DNA of 62,080 nucleotides, the filler included, from Dirinaria sp. TL-2023a (lineage: Eukaryota), in NCBI GenBank assembly GCA_051941275.1. It is 10 parts of 10 records of this genome, joined end to end, with 100 filler letters (N's around TTAATTAATTAA, not from the genome) between each part and the next. Parts side by side here need not be neighbours in the genome. Positions count along the whole stretch, not along the records: positions 43,563 to 49,669 come from JAVEBF010001536.1; positions 49,770 to 55,875 come from JAVEBF010001537.1; positions 55,976 to 62,080 come from JAVEBF010001538.1; 7 more parts are not named here. One strand, 5' to 3'. The position numbers and the translations under genes are program-made. Below the pieces are notes generated by a model. It was not told the DNA's origin. It did no database searches and saw nothing but the letters and a program-made list of their open reading frames with translations. This document shows positions 46,859 to 59,887 of the stretch, in pieces (within the stretch, counting starts at the first letter, position 1; each line of letters starts with the position of its first letter).

Positions 46859-49360
46859 TCAAAAATCTGCCGGCGTCAGCTTCTTACGCTGCTCCTTTAC
46901 CCTGCTCCTCTTAGACTGCTTTTTAGTTTTTGATCTAGGACCAGAAATATGGTCCAAAACATCTTCGCCTGATGCGCTGGTATCGAGCTCGTCAATGGCC
47001 TTTCTGCTGACTTTCTTGTCTATTCTCCCAATTCTAATGTTCCTGGGTACGGCAGTCTTGGCACCCAGAGCCCACAAGTCACCCCATTGCGATTTTCGAG
47101 CGTCCCTATAGGCTTGCCTGCTGAAAGATTTGGGCACAGTCCAGCGTTCAATCCGGCCTGCAGGCGTGCAGAGATCTAGCACGACATGCCCACGGCGCTT
47201 AATAGGCGGCAGAATGGCTCTGGGTAGACCAAGAGTATGCGGCAGGGGCCCCTCGAACATCTTCTTCGCAACATCCTGTGGCGATTCTTCGTTTTCTGTC
47301 GGAGTCACGTCTTCGTATCCGGCTAATGCAGCTTCTCTCGCCTCCTCGCCCTGGAGTACATCGTGTAGAGAACGCTGGTCTACTCCTCGCTGAACAGCGA
47401 TATAACTGAATCTGACGTCTTCATGATTTCTGTCTCGTTCGCTGAGAATGTTTTGAAGATACCGTGGTCGAAGGAAGCGTTGGGAGAAGTGACAATAATC
47501 TTTCCTTCCCGAGCTCTTCCCAGCCGTTATATACATGGGACATTGAGTGTGATTCGTGCATGGCGCAATGATCATGCCCGGTTCTTTCGGTACATCGTTG
47601 AGCTCACTATCGCCTACGGAATCAGGTTTGGTAAGAGCTGTTGAGGCAATGTGCCGCTTCAATAACATCTCCCGAGCACCGGCAACGAGTTCGAAGCCCC
47701 TAGGTACTCCTTTCTCAATTATGACTAGGATGCCTCCATTGGGGTTGAGCAGTGACCAGAAATTCTGGACATGTGCTTTCCGCATGTAATCTTCTTTCAG
47801 GCCCCATAACGTGTGTGGAGCTATAATAATGTCGTACTGCTTTCTGGGCTGAGCAGTGTTTTGTTCTCCCAATGTCAGATAATCCCGTGCAAACTTGGGA
47901 TCGGGTAAACGAGGCAGAAAAGTAGTGTTTTCTAGCAATCGGCTTGCTCGATGGCGAAGCTCATTGGACCCTGTGACCACTGTAGCTTTGCCAACGGGTG
48001 CAGACTTCTCAGGAGGGACTCCATCCGGGAACATGGTTTCCCACTCAGCTCGCAGCAATTCTCGCCATGCTTGTACGCCAGCACCTCCGGCACCTGCGTC
48101 TAGTATCCGTGGACCACCCTCCTTTCCTATGAGATCTCGAAGCCACTTAGAGCCCAGTCGCTTGCGGATCTCTACGAGGGTATTCATGATTGAGACGTAC
48201 GCGCCCGGCATGATTGCTGCCAAGAAAACATTGCTCTGCATTGCCCCCATGTATGTTTGTGAAGCTTCAAGCGCAATTGGAGCTTGCTGTAGGTGGCGAT
48301 TAGCACTGGAGGGTGTAGCGGTCGAATTAGGTAGTCCGGCTCCTCCGAAAGTCTTATGGGCTACTTCCTTCATGTGCTTGTTTGGCGCATCTCGCAGCAA
48401 AGCCGCGATTGGCTCGACGACTGTTGCTTTAGGTAACTCTACAGTTGACGGAGAGGTCCGGGATCTTGCAGCGGCGGTGAGAGGATGTGTTCGGGTATAG
48501 TCACCTCTGGAATATTTGTCATCATCTTCGTCTAAGTCTTCCAGATCTCGATCTTGCGGCTCTTGGGCTCTATTAGATTCCTCGTTTGCTTCTTCAGCAA
48601 CAGGATCCATAGCATATTGCTCTGCAAGACTGTCCTCTGCGGCGTTCCCTTGGGCTGTCTCAGCATCGAGCGCGTGGGCTCGATTCGCAGCAGCTATGTC
48701 CTTGAAAAGTGTCATGCGAGTTTTGAACTCGTGTGCTACTTTTGAATGGATTTGGGGAGGATCTGTAGCTTCTTCCTCTGCCTCTGGCTCAGGCATTTCC
48801 ATCAGATCTGAGTCTTCCCCACGTATTCCTTCTCCTTCTCCTTCTTCTTCTCCCCCATGAGACTCTACACCCTGATTTTCGGCCTCCAACAAATTATCTT
48901 CAAAGTCTTCCTCAACGTCATCTTTGAGCAAAAGATCCTCTTCCTTCTCACTGTCTTGCTCCTGCACTCCTGGCGTTTGTAAAGATATCAGGTCCTCCGG
49001 CCTGGCTAGTTTTAAAGGTTCCCCGTATAGGCGTTCGTAAAGTTTGTATTCTTCAGGCGAGAGGAAATTTGCAGGTAATTCATCGCCGAATGTTTGCCTT
49101 GCCAAATGTGCCATCCCTTCGAGATCTGCAGCTGTTTCCAAAGCACGGCCATGGGGACGCAGATTCGCATTTTGCGTGCTGAATAATCTTCCACTTTTGA
49201 TCTGACGTTTTTGTGCCGTAGAAGCAAGTAATGAGCACTTCCAGAGACTGCGCTCTGGCCGTGGCGGTCTTGCAGTGGTGCTGAATCCATGCCTGAAAAT
49301 GGACAAAAGATACGAGGAACATGAATGACAGATTCGACGATGTGGGGGTGCGGTGCGCAT
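46859..49360 (-). CDS. RSM22: Mitochondrial small ribosomal subunit protein / methyltransferase Rsm22 (METTL17 family)
   Basis: 833 aa with an Arg/Ser-rich presequence, RILDAGAGGAG, LVIIEKGVPRGFE, IIAPCTNHTQCPM, CHFSQRF, GHVVLDLCTPAGRIERWTVPKSFSRQAYRDARKSQWGDLW. Confidence 0.95.
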   Translation of the reverse strand: MRTAPPHRRICHSCSSYLLSIFRHGFSTTARPPRPERSLWKCSLLASTAQKRQIKSGRLFSTQNANLRPHGRALETAADLEGMAHLARQTFGDELPANFLSPEEYKLYERLYGEPLKLARPEDLISLQTPGVQEQDSEKEEDLLLKDDVEEDFEDNLLEAENQGVESHGGEEEGEGEGIRGEDSDLMEMPEPEAEEEATDPPQIHSKVAHEFKTRMTLFKDIAAANRAHALDAETAQGNAAEDSLAEQYAMDPVAEEANEESNRAQEPQDRDLEDLDEDDDKYSRGDYTRTHPLTAAARSRTSPSTVELPKATVVEPIAALLRDAPNKHMKEVAHKTFGGAGLPNSTATPSSANRHLQQAPIALEASQTYMGAMQSNVFLAAIMPGAYVSIMNTLVEIRKRLGSKWLRDLIGKEGGPRILDAGAGGAGVQAWRELLRAEWETMFPDGVPPEKSAPVGKATVVTGSNELRHRASRLLENTTFLPRLPDPKFARDYLTLGEQNTAQPRKQYDIIIAPHTLWGLKEDYMRKAHVQNFWSLLNPNGGILVIIEKGVPRGFELVAGAREMLLKRHIASTALTKPDSVGDSELNDVPKEPGMIIAPCTNHTQCPMYITAGKSSGRKDYCHFSQRFLRPRYLQNILSERDRNHEDVRFSYIAVQRGVDQRSLHDVLQGEEAREAALAGYEDVTPTENEESPQDVAKKMFEGPLPHTLGLPRAILPPIKRRGHVVLDLCTPAGRIERWTVPKSFSRQAYRDARKSQWGDLWALGAKTAVPRNIRIGRIDKKVSRKAIDELDTSASGEDVLDHISGPRSKTKKQSKRSRVKEQRKKLTPADF

Positions 49361-49578
49361 ACTGAGATGTTGCTTTTCCCGTGTAGAGCATCCAGAGCTC
49401 GTCGAGCAAGGTTCTCCCTACTTTACAGAGAGCTCGGAGGCAATACCAGTAGATTCAGCCCTACGACTAGCGCCGATGGTACCCGCTTGTTCACGAAAAG
49501 CCCGAGGGGCTGTCATCAGTTTCTCTCTACAGTATTTCACCTCCTACTAAGCCCAATATCTTTCTTCGACACTATATA

Positions 49579-49669
49579 ATGGCGTCGAAAGCGCCCAAAC
49601 TTCGTTGCTTATTCTCTCCCCCTCCCCTCGCTGTCTCCACGCTCTCAAAGCCATCCATCCGCACCTTCG
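49579..49669 (+). CDS. 5' end of a probable mitochondrial protein divergent from RSM22 (truncated)
   Basis: MASKAPKLRCLFSPPPLAVSTLSKPSIRTF has no acidic residues and ends in an RTF cleavage-like motif. The ATG has A at -3. Only 30 codons are visible. Confidence 0.45.
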
Positions 49670-49855
49670 NNNNNNNNNNNNNNNNNNNNNNNNNNNNNNN
49701 NNNNNNNNNNNNNTTAATTAATTAANNNNNNNNNNNNNNNNNNNNNNNNNNNNNNNNNNNNNNNNNNNNGTGGATGGGAGGCAAAAGGCAGGGGTTGCAT
49801 TGGATGAGTGGAAGAGCGGAGGCAAAATGTAAAGAATGCTAATTGATATCCACAG

Positions 49856-49925
49856 ATACTGGTGGCTTCTTGCGGTAGTGGCGTTCCTGGCTATTTCGGG
49901 CGGCGGGCCAGATGAGAGGAAGTGA
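49856..49925 (+). CDS. Terminal exon of a probable EMC10-like ER membrane protein
   Basis: Branch site CTAAT and acceptor CACAG precede YWWLLAVVAFLAISGGGPDERK*, which resembles the KYWW...SGGG C-terminus of fungal EMC10 homologs as I recall it. Confidence 0.5.
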
Positions 49926-51593
49926 GATGGGTAGAAGGTGAGCTACTCTCCTGAGGAATATCAATCGGACGGGTCTTAAAGTGTCATCAAATCAATCATC
50001 AGGTAGTTTACAAAAAATAATATGCTGCCCATGGGAAGAACAATTTCTAACCCGCTTTGAGAAGTGCACTCAGTCCTATTGGCTTGTCTTATGCTCTTTG
50101 GTTCTATCTATATAAAGCAAATAGGTAAGGCAAAAGTCGAATTTTGGAGGAAATAAAGCTATCTCACACACTTTCATAGTTGATGGGATGAATCTTGCCT
50201 TGGATAGATTCGTCTGAATTAAGGACCTCAGCCCTCGTCCCTTGTCTCTCGATATGGAAAAAGAGAAATAAAAGAAAAAAAAGGTAACCGCTGAACGCAG
50301 TAAGTTCAATCCCAAGGTATCCCACTCTACAGAAACAAGCACAGCCTATACCTTACTTGATACATAATGCACATGATATACGTGGACACCGCCACCGCGC
50401 TCTTCGAAGCTTATCATATGTGGCGTCTTTAGAAGGGGGAAAACCCATGTCTCAGTTTCCGGATTTTAGATTGCAGCGACTAGGCATTTGCATTCTACTT
50501 TATCTTGAGTTACGCGAGTGTTATGTTGGGTTCCGATTAGATTTACGGTCGAGACGGTCTAGATTGATGTAGTACCTTATGATTGGTAGGATTTAAATCT
50601 ACATATCTTAGCGTCGATCGAAAAGAGCAAAACGTCCGAGTGTCGTCACATTACTCACACTACTACCTTATTTGTACAACCACACTCCCCTCGAGCACTA
50701 CTCCAATCTCCATTTCACCAGTCGCGTTATCGTGTCTTCGACCTCTGATCCATTCTCTGCTCTGACAGACTGCGAGTGTCACGTGAAAATGTTTTCACCA
50801 ATTGAGGGGGGGCTGCTTCATCATGAGAGCGTCATTGTCAAATCGGCAAATCCATTATTAATGTTGAAGATTACGCAGAAAAAATCAAAAGAAGCATCAG
50901 ATGAAAATGGGTAATTGGGAGGGTGGCGTGGCGCTAGTGGTCCCCTTCGCTGGTACCGGCAACGCATACCTTACCTACAGTCGACATTTGTCTGTGGGCA
51001 TCGGATCTGCTCCACGGTTCCCAGAGCAGTGATCAATGCACTCCAGGACCGCTTTGGAGGCATCAGGACTGTTACGGTACCGACTGTAACTTATCCCGAT
51101 CTTAAGCAACCCAGATATGGAATGGCCAGGCAGGAACAAATAAAGTCACCCTCACTAAGTGTGCGACAGAGACGATATGGAGAAGCAGGGAATGAGGATG
51201 GGGTGGCCCTATACATTTCTATGTATGTGATTGGCCCCATTGAGACTCCTACCTTATCATACTAAGGTCTTGGCTTTGGCCTGCAGGCGACGACTTCAGG
51301 ACATGTTGCAGGTGGACCGATCCGGCCAAGCAATTTCAGCCATGGAAATGCAGTACCTTAGCTTATAAATGGTCAAATGGACACTTCGCCTTCTTTCTAA
51401 CAATAATAAAACATGTTTCAAAGATCCAGCAAGCCCATCGGCTACCTTGGGTAGTATACTTCCCAAAATTCGGCGCCAATCTGGATCCACCAGAAACGAA
51501 AAATTGTCGGTGCTTGTGCGTTTGTGAACAATCTTAGCTTAACTTACTTAAATCTATATACACATTGTATCATTTAATCGTCAAGGATCCGGT

Positions 51594-54021
51594 ATGGCTG
51601 CTACGGCGATCGAGTTAGGCTCTATGGGCCGGGGCAATATGGGCACGTATCAACGCCTACCATCAGAATCGCATCTAGGGGATTACGTAGATCAGATACC
51701 CGAAGGTTCTGATCCTGCGGAAGTCCAGCAAGCTACGAACAAGGAGCTGAATCGTCCGACACATAAGCCGCATTCGGCGCCAAGTTCTTCTAGCGAAGCA
51801 ACGAACGATCGACCTGTCACGAGGTCTACAGTCGCTAGCGAAAAATGGTGGAGCACAAGCTTAATGCAATGCTTTTTCCATGCAATCCCTCTGGCTGTGA
51901 CTTTAGTCGTTGTTGGCCTCAACATCTTCGGAGTTTATTGGCAAGACTTAGGTCTTCCCCACCAAAAAGCGGTCCTTCAGGCCTTACAGTACGCCGCTAA
52001 AGCTCACGAGATCATGATGACTGCATCGATGTCCGCAATAGTCATCCACCGAGCTCAACATGATCTCAATGATACCCAGGGAATGCCTTTTGGTCTACTG
52101 ACAGGAGGGTTCAAACTTGGCGAGCCACTCTATCTTTGCACAAGTCAATTCTTAGGAGCTTCAGTAGTACGGAAGCATTCGAACGGCCGACCGCGTCTCT
52201 ACCCAATCAGTATTCTGATCCTCGTCGGTGTTCTACTTACTTCGGTCGTCGGACCATCTTCCGCTGTTGCTATGATTCCAAGGCTGGATTGGTGGGACGT
52301 CTTGCAAGCGAATGCTTTTGGAAAAGAATATAAGGACAGGGTGTATTTCAACAGAACGGGGGACGAGCTCTGGCCAAAGGACATCACAAATGCCATCTAT
52401 GCAAATACCAGCCTTTGTAGTCCGGCGAGTATTGGTCGAGACTGCGCAGTGAGCGCCATGGATTCAGTGGTCCTTTGGATGAGGGATCACCAAAACCAGG
52501 GTACAAAGCCGAACATCACTATCTTTCAGGATTCTGAAATCACAAGATATCTCACCTCTCAAGGTGGTCCTCCCGACAATTCCAGCTGGACCGTGACGTC
52601 AACAGTCAATTCAATATTTGGTAGAGATCTCGTTCATTATTGGGACTGGTTGGTCGAGAATGCAACCCTTCCAAAGACCATTACTCGACCCTTGATTCGA
52701 CCACACTTCGTCAATTCATCCATAAAGTTCAAGAAGCCGCTTGTTCAAACTCAGTGTCAGACTTGGATAGAGCCTGATTGGGCAAATGAAGATTTTATTT
52801 TTCCGCATGACGAATTGTTGACACCACCGCTAGATACATATAAGCACGAAACGTGGAAACTTCCTAATGATTTTGTTTTGAACCTGAAAGACAATGATAA
52901 AGATATTGGCAATCCGAATGATACGCAGCATTCCCCCATACTGTTTGGCTGGTTTGATGCCGCCTCAAACTTCTCTGCGCAAGGAGCGCCTTCGCTTGGT
53001 GCTGTCATTCTCTACAAAGCAGTGAATTCTTCCAATCCACTACAAGTACAGGATGCCCTAACTGCGTGTTCGGTCGACGGACGATGGGCACCAGCCGTGG
53101 TAAGGTCATGTCTTTCCTTGGCTTACTCTTGAAACTTTGGCACCCAACGCAAGCTCTCTTAGTGCTTAGCTAAAACAGATCTAGCTATACATAAACCCTA
53201 GGGACACAATTACCCTCTATCAAACTTCACCAAATCCGATGGATATTTTGCATGGAACAGCGAAAGCGCCTTTAAATGATCTGGTTAAAATGAGAATTTC
53301 TCTTGAGTGGGCTGATACAATAAATGTGAACTTCTCAAGTAGCCCGCCCACATCCGTGGTGGAGTATATGCTTGGACAATATGGCAGCTCTGACTTCATC
53401 TATCCTGAGCCTGAACACTTCTCCTATTACGTAATGAAATCCCTCGAGTGGAGACTATCAACGGCACTTGGTCTCTATATCACGGAAGCACTTGCACAAT
53501 CTTTTCAAGATATCAATCAAGGTTCTATGCTCTATCGCCAAGCCAAAAATTCCTCGGATTCATACGTTCGCTACCTCAACAACGTTAATGAGCCTCAATA
53601 TAAGGAAGGCTATAGAAATGGCCGACTTGATTGGGTTGAAACTCGTGACCCTCGATGGAACAACTCAATCTTGCCATGGGACGAATGGGCTCCTCGGAAT
53701 GGGTATAGTGAAATCACATTCGCAGTGCAGCGGAACGGCTACGGCTACGGTTTTGAGAGTCTACCGACTGTATTCGCAGCCACGGTCTTGATTGCATACG
53801 TCATTATAGTGACGACACATATTGTTCTACTCATAATCACTGGCCGCGTATACCGAGGATGCTCCGATGCGGGCCAGATGGTGGCTTTGGCGTGGAGTTC
53901 CCCCGCAGCGCCGGAGTTCAAGTGTAGTTCTGGCGGTGTTCAAGATGCAGAAGTCTGGAAGAGGATGGTGAAGGTAGAAGAAGATGAGCAGCAACTACTG
54001 CTGAGACCTAAAGATGACTAG
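51594..54021 (+). CDS. Uncharacterised fungal multi-pass membrane glycoprotein
   Basis: Exons 51594-53099 and 53185-54021 join in frame. N-terminal TM segments carry LQYAAKAHE and GPSSAVAMIPRLDWW, followed by a large N-glycosylation-rich loop and a C-terminal GYGYG plus TM helix. Confidence 0.8.
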
Positions 54022-54589
54022 TGATGTCAGCACGGCACCGCTGAAACGTATGCGCGAAAGGACTCATCTAGGAATGTGAGGGTGAAACGGTAAAGCTACA
54101 GAAAATCATGCCTCTGACTTGGAGAGACAAGGGATAAAAGTCCTCGTGGAGGTCAAGTCTCCGAACCTTCTGGATAACTGGCCTGAATACTTTTTGGGTC
54201 CCGCGTCACGGTTTCTATACAGTCCCAGAGGATAGCGGGCAATGGCCGTATCACTTTGGTGAAGAAGTAAGACAGTGCACTACTAGTAATACCATAGGCT
54301 AACTGAAGCTGATTTGCACTAATTAGGTAGAAGTCATCCTTCGGCTTCTTTCAATGCGAAGGCTGTCGTTGTATTTTGCTAGAATCATGAGGCGTACATC
54401 ATGACTAGCTGAATGGTAGTCGATCTATATGATGTTGACAGAAGATTGAACGAATATAGATCAATCCACGCAAAATATGAGGGCAGGGTGAAATTTGTTC
54501 GCGTTTTGGGTAGCAGTTTCTGATAAAGCGAACCTCGTCCGACTTCGAGGCTGTTGATGCAACCAGCGGATCTTCTTCAACGCCAGCAA

Positions 54590-54730
54590 ATCTCTGGCAG
54601 AAATATTTGGCTTCCAGATCTTCCAATAAGCCGATCTGTGCGTGCTTCCACCCTAACTCCGTCTGGATCTTTTCACTTGAGGCACGGTTGTCCCAGCCAA
54701 CCATTAAGCAAAGAAACCAGTCGACCCCAC
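54590..54730 (-). pseudogene. Remnant C-terminus of an NAD-dependent epimerase/dehydratase
   Basis: NRASSEKIQTELGWKHAQIGLLEDLEAKYF resembles the terminal motif of fungal extended SDRs. No upstream Rossmann exon is recognisable. Confidence 0.45.
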
Positions 54731-55975
54731 AACCTCATGCATAAAATTTCCCTCCATCGGTAGCTGAAAGCACTTATCTACGATAGTTATGATATCTTTC
54801 ACGAGGATATCTTGCTCTGCAGCAGAGTTGGAAATTGCGCCACCACAACCTTTACGGAACAGAACTGCGGCATCCAAGTGATGAACGACGAGTCAACGAG
54901 CCGGTTCATCGTCGATTTAAGTGACAGCACTCTCTTATTTCATGATCCCCCTATCATCGGAATGAATCCCTTCTCTCCTAAATTATGAATCGAAGATGTC
55001 AGACGAATGACTAAGCCGCAACCTCCTTCTTCCATTGACAATTGCCGAATGGGATCTGCCGATTTCGCGCGATCAAAAAGCGAAGAAGAATCGCGATCAA
55101 AATTGGTGTCTTCATTTGACCAATTGTCCGTTGAGTGTGCTCAACGTACTGGAAGCGATCACCGCTACCCGCCAGCAACCCCTCCACCGCCCCAACATGG
55201 CCCGCAATAGCTCTCTGTCGATATACAACACCATCAGCAAAGTCCGCTGAAATCGTGAAGAAAATGGCCAAAATGAGCGACCACATTGGAACAAGCTCCT
55301 GACCATCGATCAAAATTCTACACCCCATTGTAAAGAGTCTCAGGCCGGTGCGTCACTCCGAGCCCGGCCGAGCACTCGGTGACTATTATGTTCAAAAACT
55401 CCGTAATGAGGAGCACGTCCGATGGAAAGCGCGCCGGGTATCTGTGACCGAGACATGCATTTCGGGATATTGCAGAAACTTCAGAAAAGCGATTCATATC
55501 AGATGGCGGAAGCAGAGTTTACAAAAAATATTGCTCAGAGGATTTTTCACAATATATATACAATCCCTCCTGCCTACTTATGTAAATCCTGAAATAACCG
55601 GCAAACTACCTTCTTAACTACTTACCATTGGTCAAGATATACCCCATCAACATCCAAAATCAGTATCAATAAGCAAATCAAAATCCTCGTTAGAATTCCA
55701 AGTCTAGATAAAAAAAAAGGGAGTATCCAATATTCCCACAAATTTTCCCAACCTCCCCTTCAAGAAACCCTTGAAATCCTCCCCTCCACTAATCTGTTGA
55801 GCGTTTGTTCCATTCCATAGGTTGCGGGTCATGTACCTAATGCAGTTAGCGCAGGCAACATCCTGTACATAGATCNNNNNNNNNNNNNNNNNNNNNNNNN
55901 NNNNNNNNNNNNNNNNNNNTTAATTAATTAANNNNNNNNNNNNNNNNNNNNNNNNNNNNNNNNNNNNNNNNNNNN

Positions 55976-56062
55976 GTGAAAATGTGTATACGCGACGGTG
56001 TGGGTGGGTCGACGGTTTGGGTGGGGACCCCTAGGAGCGGATCGACTAGGGGGTGCGCCGGT
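55976..56062 (-). mobile_element. Terminal inverted repeat end of the same pogo/Fot1 family as 24919-25671
   Basis: 87 nt match 25585-25671 with 5 mismatches, ending ...GGTGCGCCGGT followed by TA. The flanks differ after the TA. Confidence 0.92.
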
Positions 56063-56756
56063 TAGAACGAGTACTTCAAGAATCGAAACGTCTAAATCAT
56101 ATTCCTTCTGCACCGTTCATAAGGAATGAACGCCGACATGGATTACGTACATTTGCAAGTGTTGCAAAGCTTGTACTGTATCGAGCTTCAATTGTACTAG
56201 TGCTGACGCTGATCTAGGATTTGAGACTTCCCGTCAACTGTTGCACGGAAAAGCCCAGATCAAGGTACGAGCGCTACTGCCTTTGGATGAGGTTCTGGTT
56301 GCCGTGACTGTGCAAGTTGGAGATTCGCGGCTAGGGCTAGGGCTAGGGCTAGCGTCTCTTTGGCGGCGCTCGCTTTCGGTGGCTGAAACGGTCCGGTTGA
56401 CGGTCCGGTTGACGGTCCGATAACAACCATTAGTCGTCGGTGTGAAGTCTTCGAGAAGAAAGCAACATTGAACATCCCCCGTCGATGGGCTGTCGGGAAA
56501 GGAAGAGAGTCACCAAGGACCGAGGCGCATGGAAGGCGAGATGAAAGGTGAAGTATTCGGCTCGGCGCTGGCCGACCCACACATGACGCAGAGGATGGCT
56601 GAGACAGAGAGAGGAAGAGATGGAGAGAAGATCCTGTCGTTGCGCGACTGAGAAAAAAAAAGCGTTTTCTTGGTGCGATGCCAACAATGTTCCACTCCTC
56701 TCTCCTAGAGTCTGGTCCAAGCTCTTTGAAGGCTATCACCTCTGAAGATAATCAGA

Positions 56757-57813
56757 ATGGGCTCGCTTTCCATCAAAGCAACCTCCTCCGTCGACCATGC
56801 CAATGACCTGTTAGTTGTTACTTGCGCCAGTGGGAAGCAAGCCGCTGCACTTCTCCCGAACCTTGTGAAGTCATGGAAACGCCTGCGCCTTGTCTGTCAT
56901 TCTCCTTCATCGGAGGTCAAGCTCAGGAAAGAATATCCCAGCGCGGAGATCATTCGCGCTGATCTAGGATCACCTAGTGAGTCGGAGCGTATTCTTAAAG
57001 ATGCGACGGTCATATACCACGTCGAGCCGCCGTTTGCCCATCGGCAGGCCGTGATAGGGTTGAACATGATCGATGCAGCGAAGAAGTCTGCCAAACAGGG
57101 TATATTCAAGCATTTCGTGTATGCATCGGTTCTGAATCCGATGCTGCGAAAGGTAAACTTCAGACGCATACCCCAAAACTCTCAATTCTGCAAATTCAAT
57201 ATAGTCTCCAAAATCTATTATGTTGATATTTCTCTCGTCTTCATAGATGATCCACCACGACCAAAGGCTCCAAATAGAAGAATACCTCATGGAATCCGAT
57301 CTCAATTACACCATCCTCCAGCCCACCCACTTCATGTTCCTCTTTCCCGTGGCGCCCATGCTCGCCCAAGAACATCCTGTCTACATGGCCAACTGGAATC
57401 CCACCATCCCCTTCTCCTTCCTCGCCCTGAGCGACCTCGGCGAAGTCGGCGCTAAGATACTCAACGAGCGCGAAAAACACTACAACGCCCAATACCCGCT
57501 GTGCTCCGACGGTCCACTCAACTACAACCAGATCTGCGAGATGGTCAGCCACGAGATTGGAAAGACGATCGAGTTGAGGCAGAAGACGTTCGAGGAGTCC
57601 GTGCAGGGGTTTCTGATGCGGATCTTTGGAGCCGGAATAGACGGGGTGGACCCAGAGTCAGTCGATGCTGTGGAGAGGATTCTGTTGTATTACAATCGGC
57701 ATGGGCTCGTCGGGTCGATTAATGTTTGCGAGTGGTTGTTGGGTAGAAAGCCGACTACATGGCGGGACTGGATGAGGGCCGAGATCAGGCAGATTAAGGA
57801 GCAATGCCAATAA
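56757..57813 (+). CDS. NmrA-like NAD(P)-binding protein
   Basis: Exons 56757-57152 and 57247-57813. Motifs LLVVTCASGKQA, IIRADL, KHFVYASVL, IEEYLMESDLNYTILQPTHFM and WLLGRKPTTW. Confidence 0.9.
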
Positions 57814-57939
57814 ATAAGGTCAGAAGGAAGGTGAATGTGTGCGGGTCTATTCGTACAGGTTCATGTACATGAGACTTGAAGTATTGCTCTGTGCACGATC
57901 CTCACCCAACTCCTGCAGCCTACGCCTTTGTGACTTGCG

Positions 57940-58301
57940 GTCCTGTCGCTCATCACACCGGCGCTACCTAGCAAATCGCTCCTTCAAGGATCCTCTATAA
58001 GAATTCAAAGATGGTGGTAGGATACAATGCCGATGAAACCATAGCATTTGCTTATCCTGACTTCGCGGCCTCTGATCATAAGAAAATTTATCTCAAGCTG
58101 TCTTACTTTCCCGAATTGGATCCTACGGTTACGGGTTATTTCACGAACACACTCTATCCGCCAGTATTCGACGACTCGCATGGCTTAACTCTGACATACT
58201 CTGGATATATACTCCACTGCGATGTCGATCACCTGCACAAGGTCTGTGAATATAATACATATGCATATGTTTCCTCTCTACAGCCCGCACTCCATGGACC
58301 T
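57940..58301 (+). pseudogene. Type-B carboxylesterase C-terminal fragment
   Basis: MVVGYNADET (catalytic Glu region), TNTLYPPVFDDSHG and YAYVSSLQPALHG (catalytic His region) are present. There is an upstream stop and no room for the N-terminal GESAG half. Confidence 0.6.
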
Positions 58302-59887
58302 GGTAAGTCATTCTTACTGCTTCTCTGATGTTCTTGAGTACTATTTACGATCCTCTAGACATCCGCGAACCCAGGTACCCAAATTTAGACCTCCTACTAC
58401 AACAATCTCAACCCTACTAATATCAAGAATGAACTCACCGCCCTCGCTCTCCAAGATTAAGGTACATTCCCAACTTCATTATCCACGGTATACCCGGCAT
58501 GCCTTAGTCCCCACTTTATAGAAACGACAGCGAGATATTAAATCTGAACCTGACCCGTATTTCAGATCTCAAGGAAGTCCGAGCGCGAATGCTGGATAGA
58601 TGTGCTTGGTGGCAGAAGGAGGGGTTTGTCTAGTAGAACATTTTTCTGGAGAAAATTCAAGGCTATGGAGAGGGAGGGCATGTATTGTGAGAGTTGGAAT
58701 GGTAGCTGGAAAACCACCCGTTATCACGAGGGTTTCCTGATTGTGTGCTGGCTGGCGGAAGAGGGAAAGAGATGCATAGATAGATAGATGGCGAATGGAT
58801 CACGCTAGCTGGAGTATTGTGTGGAAAGTAATTTCGTTCTTTCCAAGATTCACGGCAAGAGGAACTTCGAGCAATCGGGTTGGGTTCGGTCAATAGTGAC
58901 GGGGCTCAAGGAACGAATAATCCAATTTTGGCAGAAGTCAAACAAACTTTGCCTCTTACACCTGTCCAAGCCTCTACCACCGCTTGACCATCGCGAACAA
59001 AATCACAAGTGGCAAAGAGTGTCTCGAAGACACATTTCTTGTATCTGATATATTACACAACAATGCTTGGACCACGCTTCTACTCCGGCGCAGCTGCAAA
59101 ACCCGGAAGGGCCTTTCTTTCAGCAACACCATGTGCATTCGCATGCACGTAAACCCCATCCTCCGAGAGCCTGTGAGAGACGCCGTTTTCCAGCCGGCGG
59201 CTGACGGCGCAAGCGTGCTCTCACTGGCAAGGTGAATGGCGACCCGTTTGCATTTATTCGTGCATAGGCGAGCTAAACCGGGCCGGTCGGTGGTTTGAAT
59301 TGAGGTGGGAGATTTCCAACCTTGGTGCCGTGTCAGGGCGGTTGTGGCGCCGATGATTCCACTTAGGCCGGGCTATCGCGCCGGGGGTTGGAAGATCGTG
59401 ATTGGGCCAGGTGAGGAGGCATTAGGGATGCGCACCCCATGCGCCGATGTTCTTGTCGGATTCTCACATGAGTACGGGCTTTTCTGAGGTCTGGTTCAGT
59501 ACGCGTTCGCTCCGAGCGATAGATTCCGATGCGTTCGCCTGAGAATGGAACTGCAAGGACTCGGCTCATATGCTGGCGATGCTGGCGGTTGGCAAGAATG
59601 CATTGGAATATTGCTCGGCACCTTTTCGACCTGTAGAATGAGGGTGGAAAGACTTGTTGGACCAATGGACTGGATGAATGCAGTCTTGACGTCTTCCGCG
59701 ACATATGAAAAGACATAACGAGCCCTACCCCTATTCGACTAACAAATCGAGAAACAATCAACATACACACGACACACGCATTACATGAGCCATAAGACAG
59801 CAACATCTTCCAACCATGAACCGATACGCCAGTGGTACCGTGCCTGACGCTAGTACACACGTACTTCGATCCGCGGACCACACCAAA

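Noticed and set aside
6138..55975. Regularly spaced TTAATTAATTAA palindromes about every 6.2 kb, resembling an array
   Set aside because: They are artificial six-frame-stop linkers inside N runs, and the spacing reflects size-sorted contigs.
56330..56420. (CTAGGG)n and 12-nt GACGGTCCGGTT short tandem repeats
   Set aside because: Only three to four copies without spacers, consistent with simple slippage rather than CRISPR or telomere repeats.
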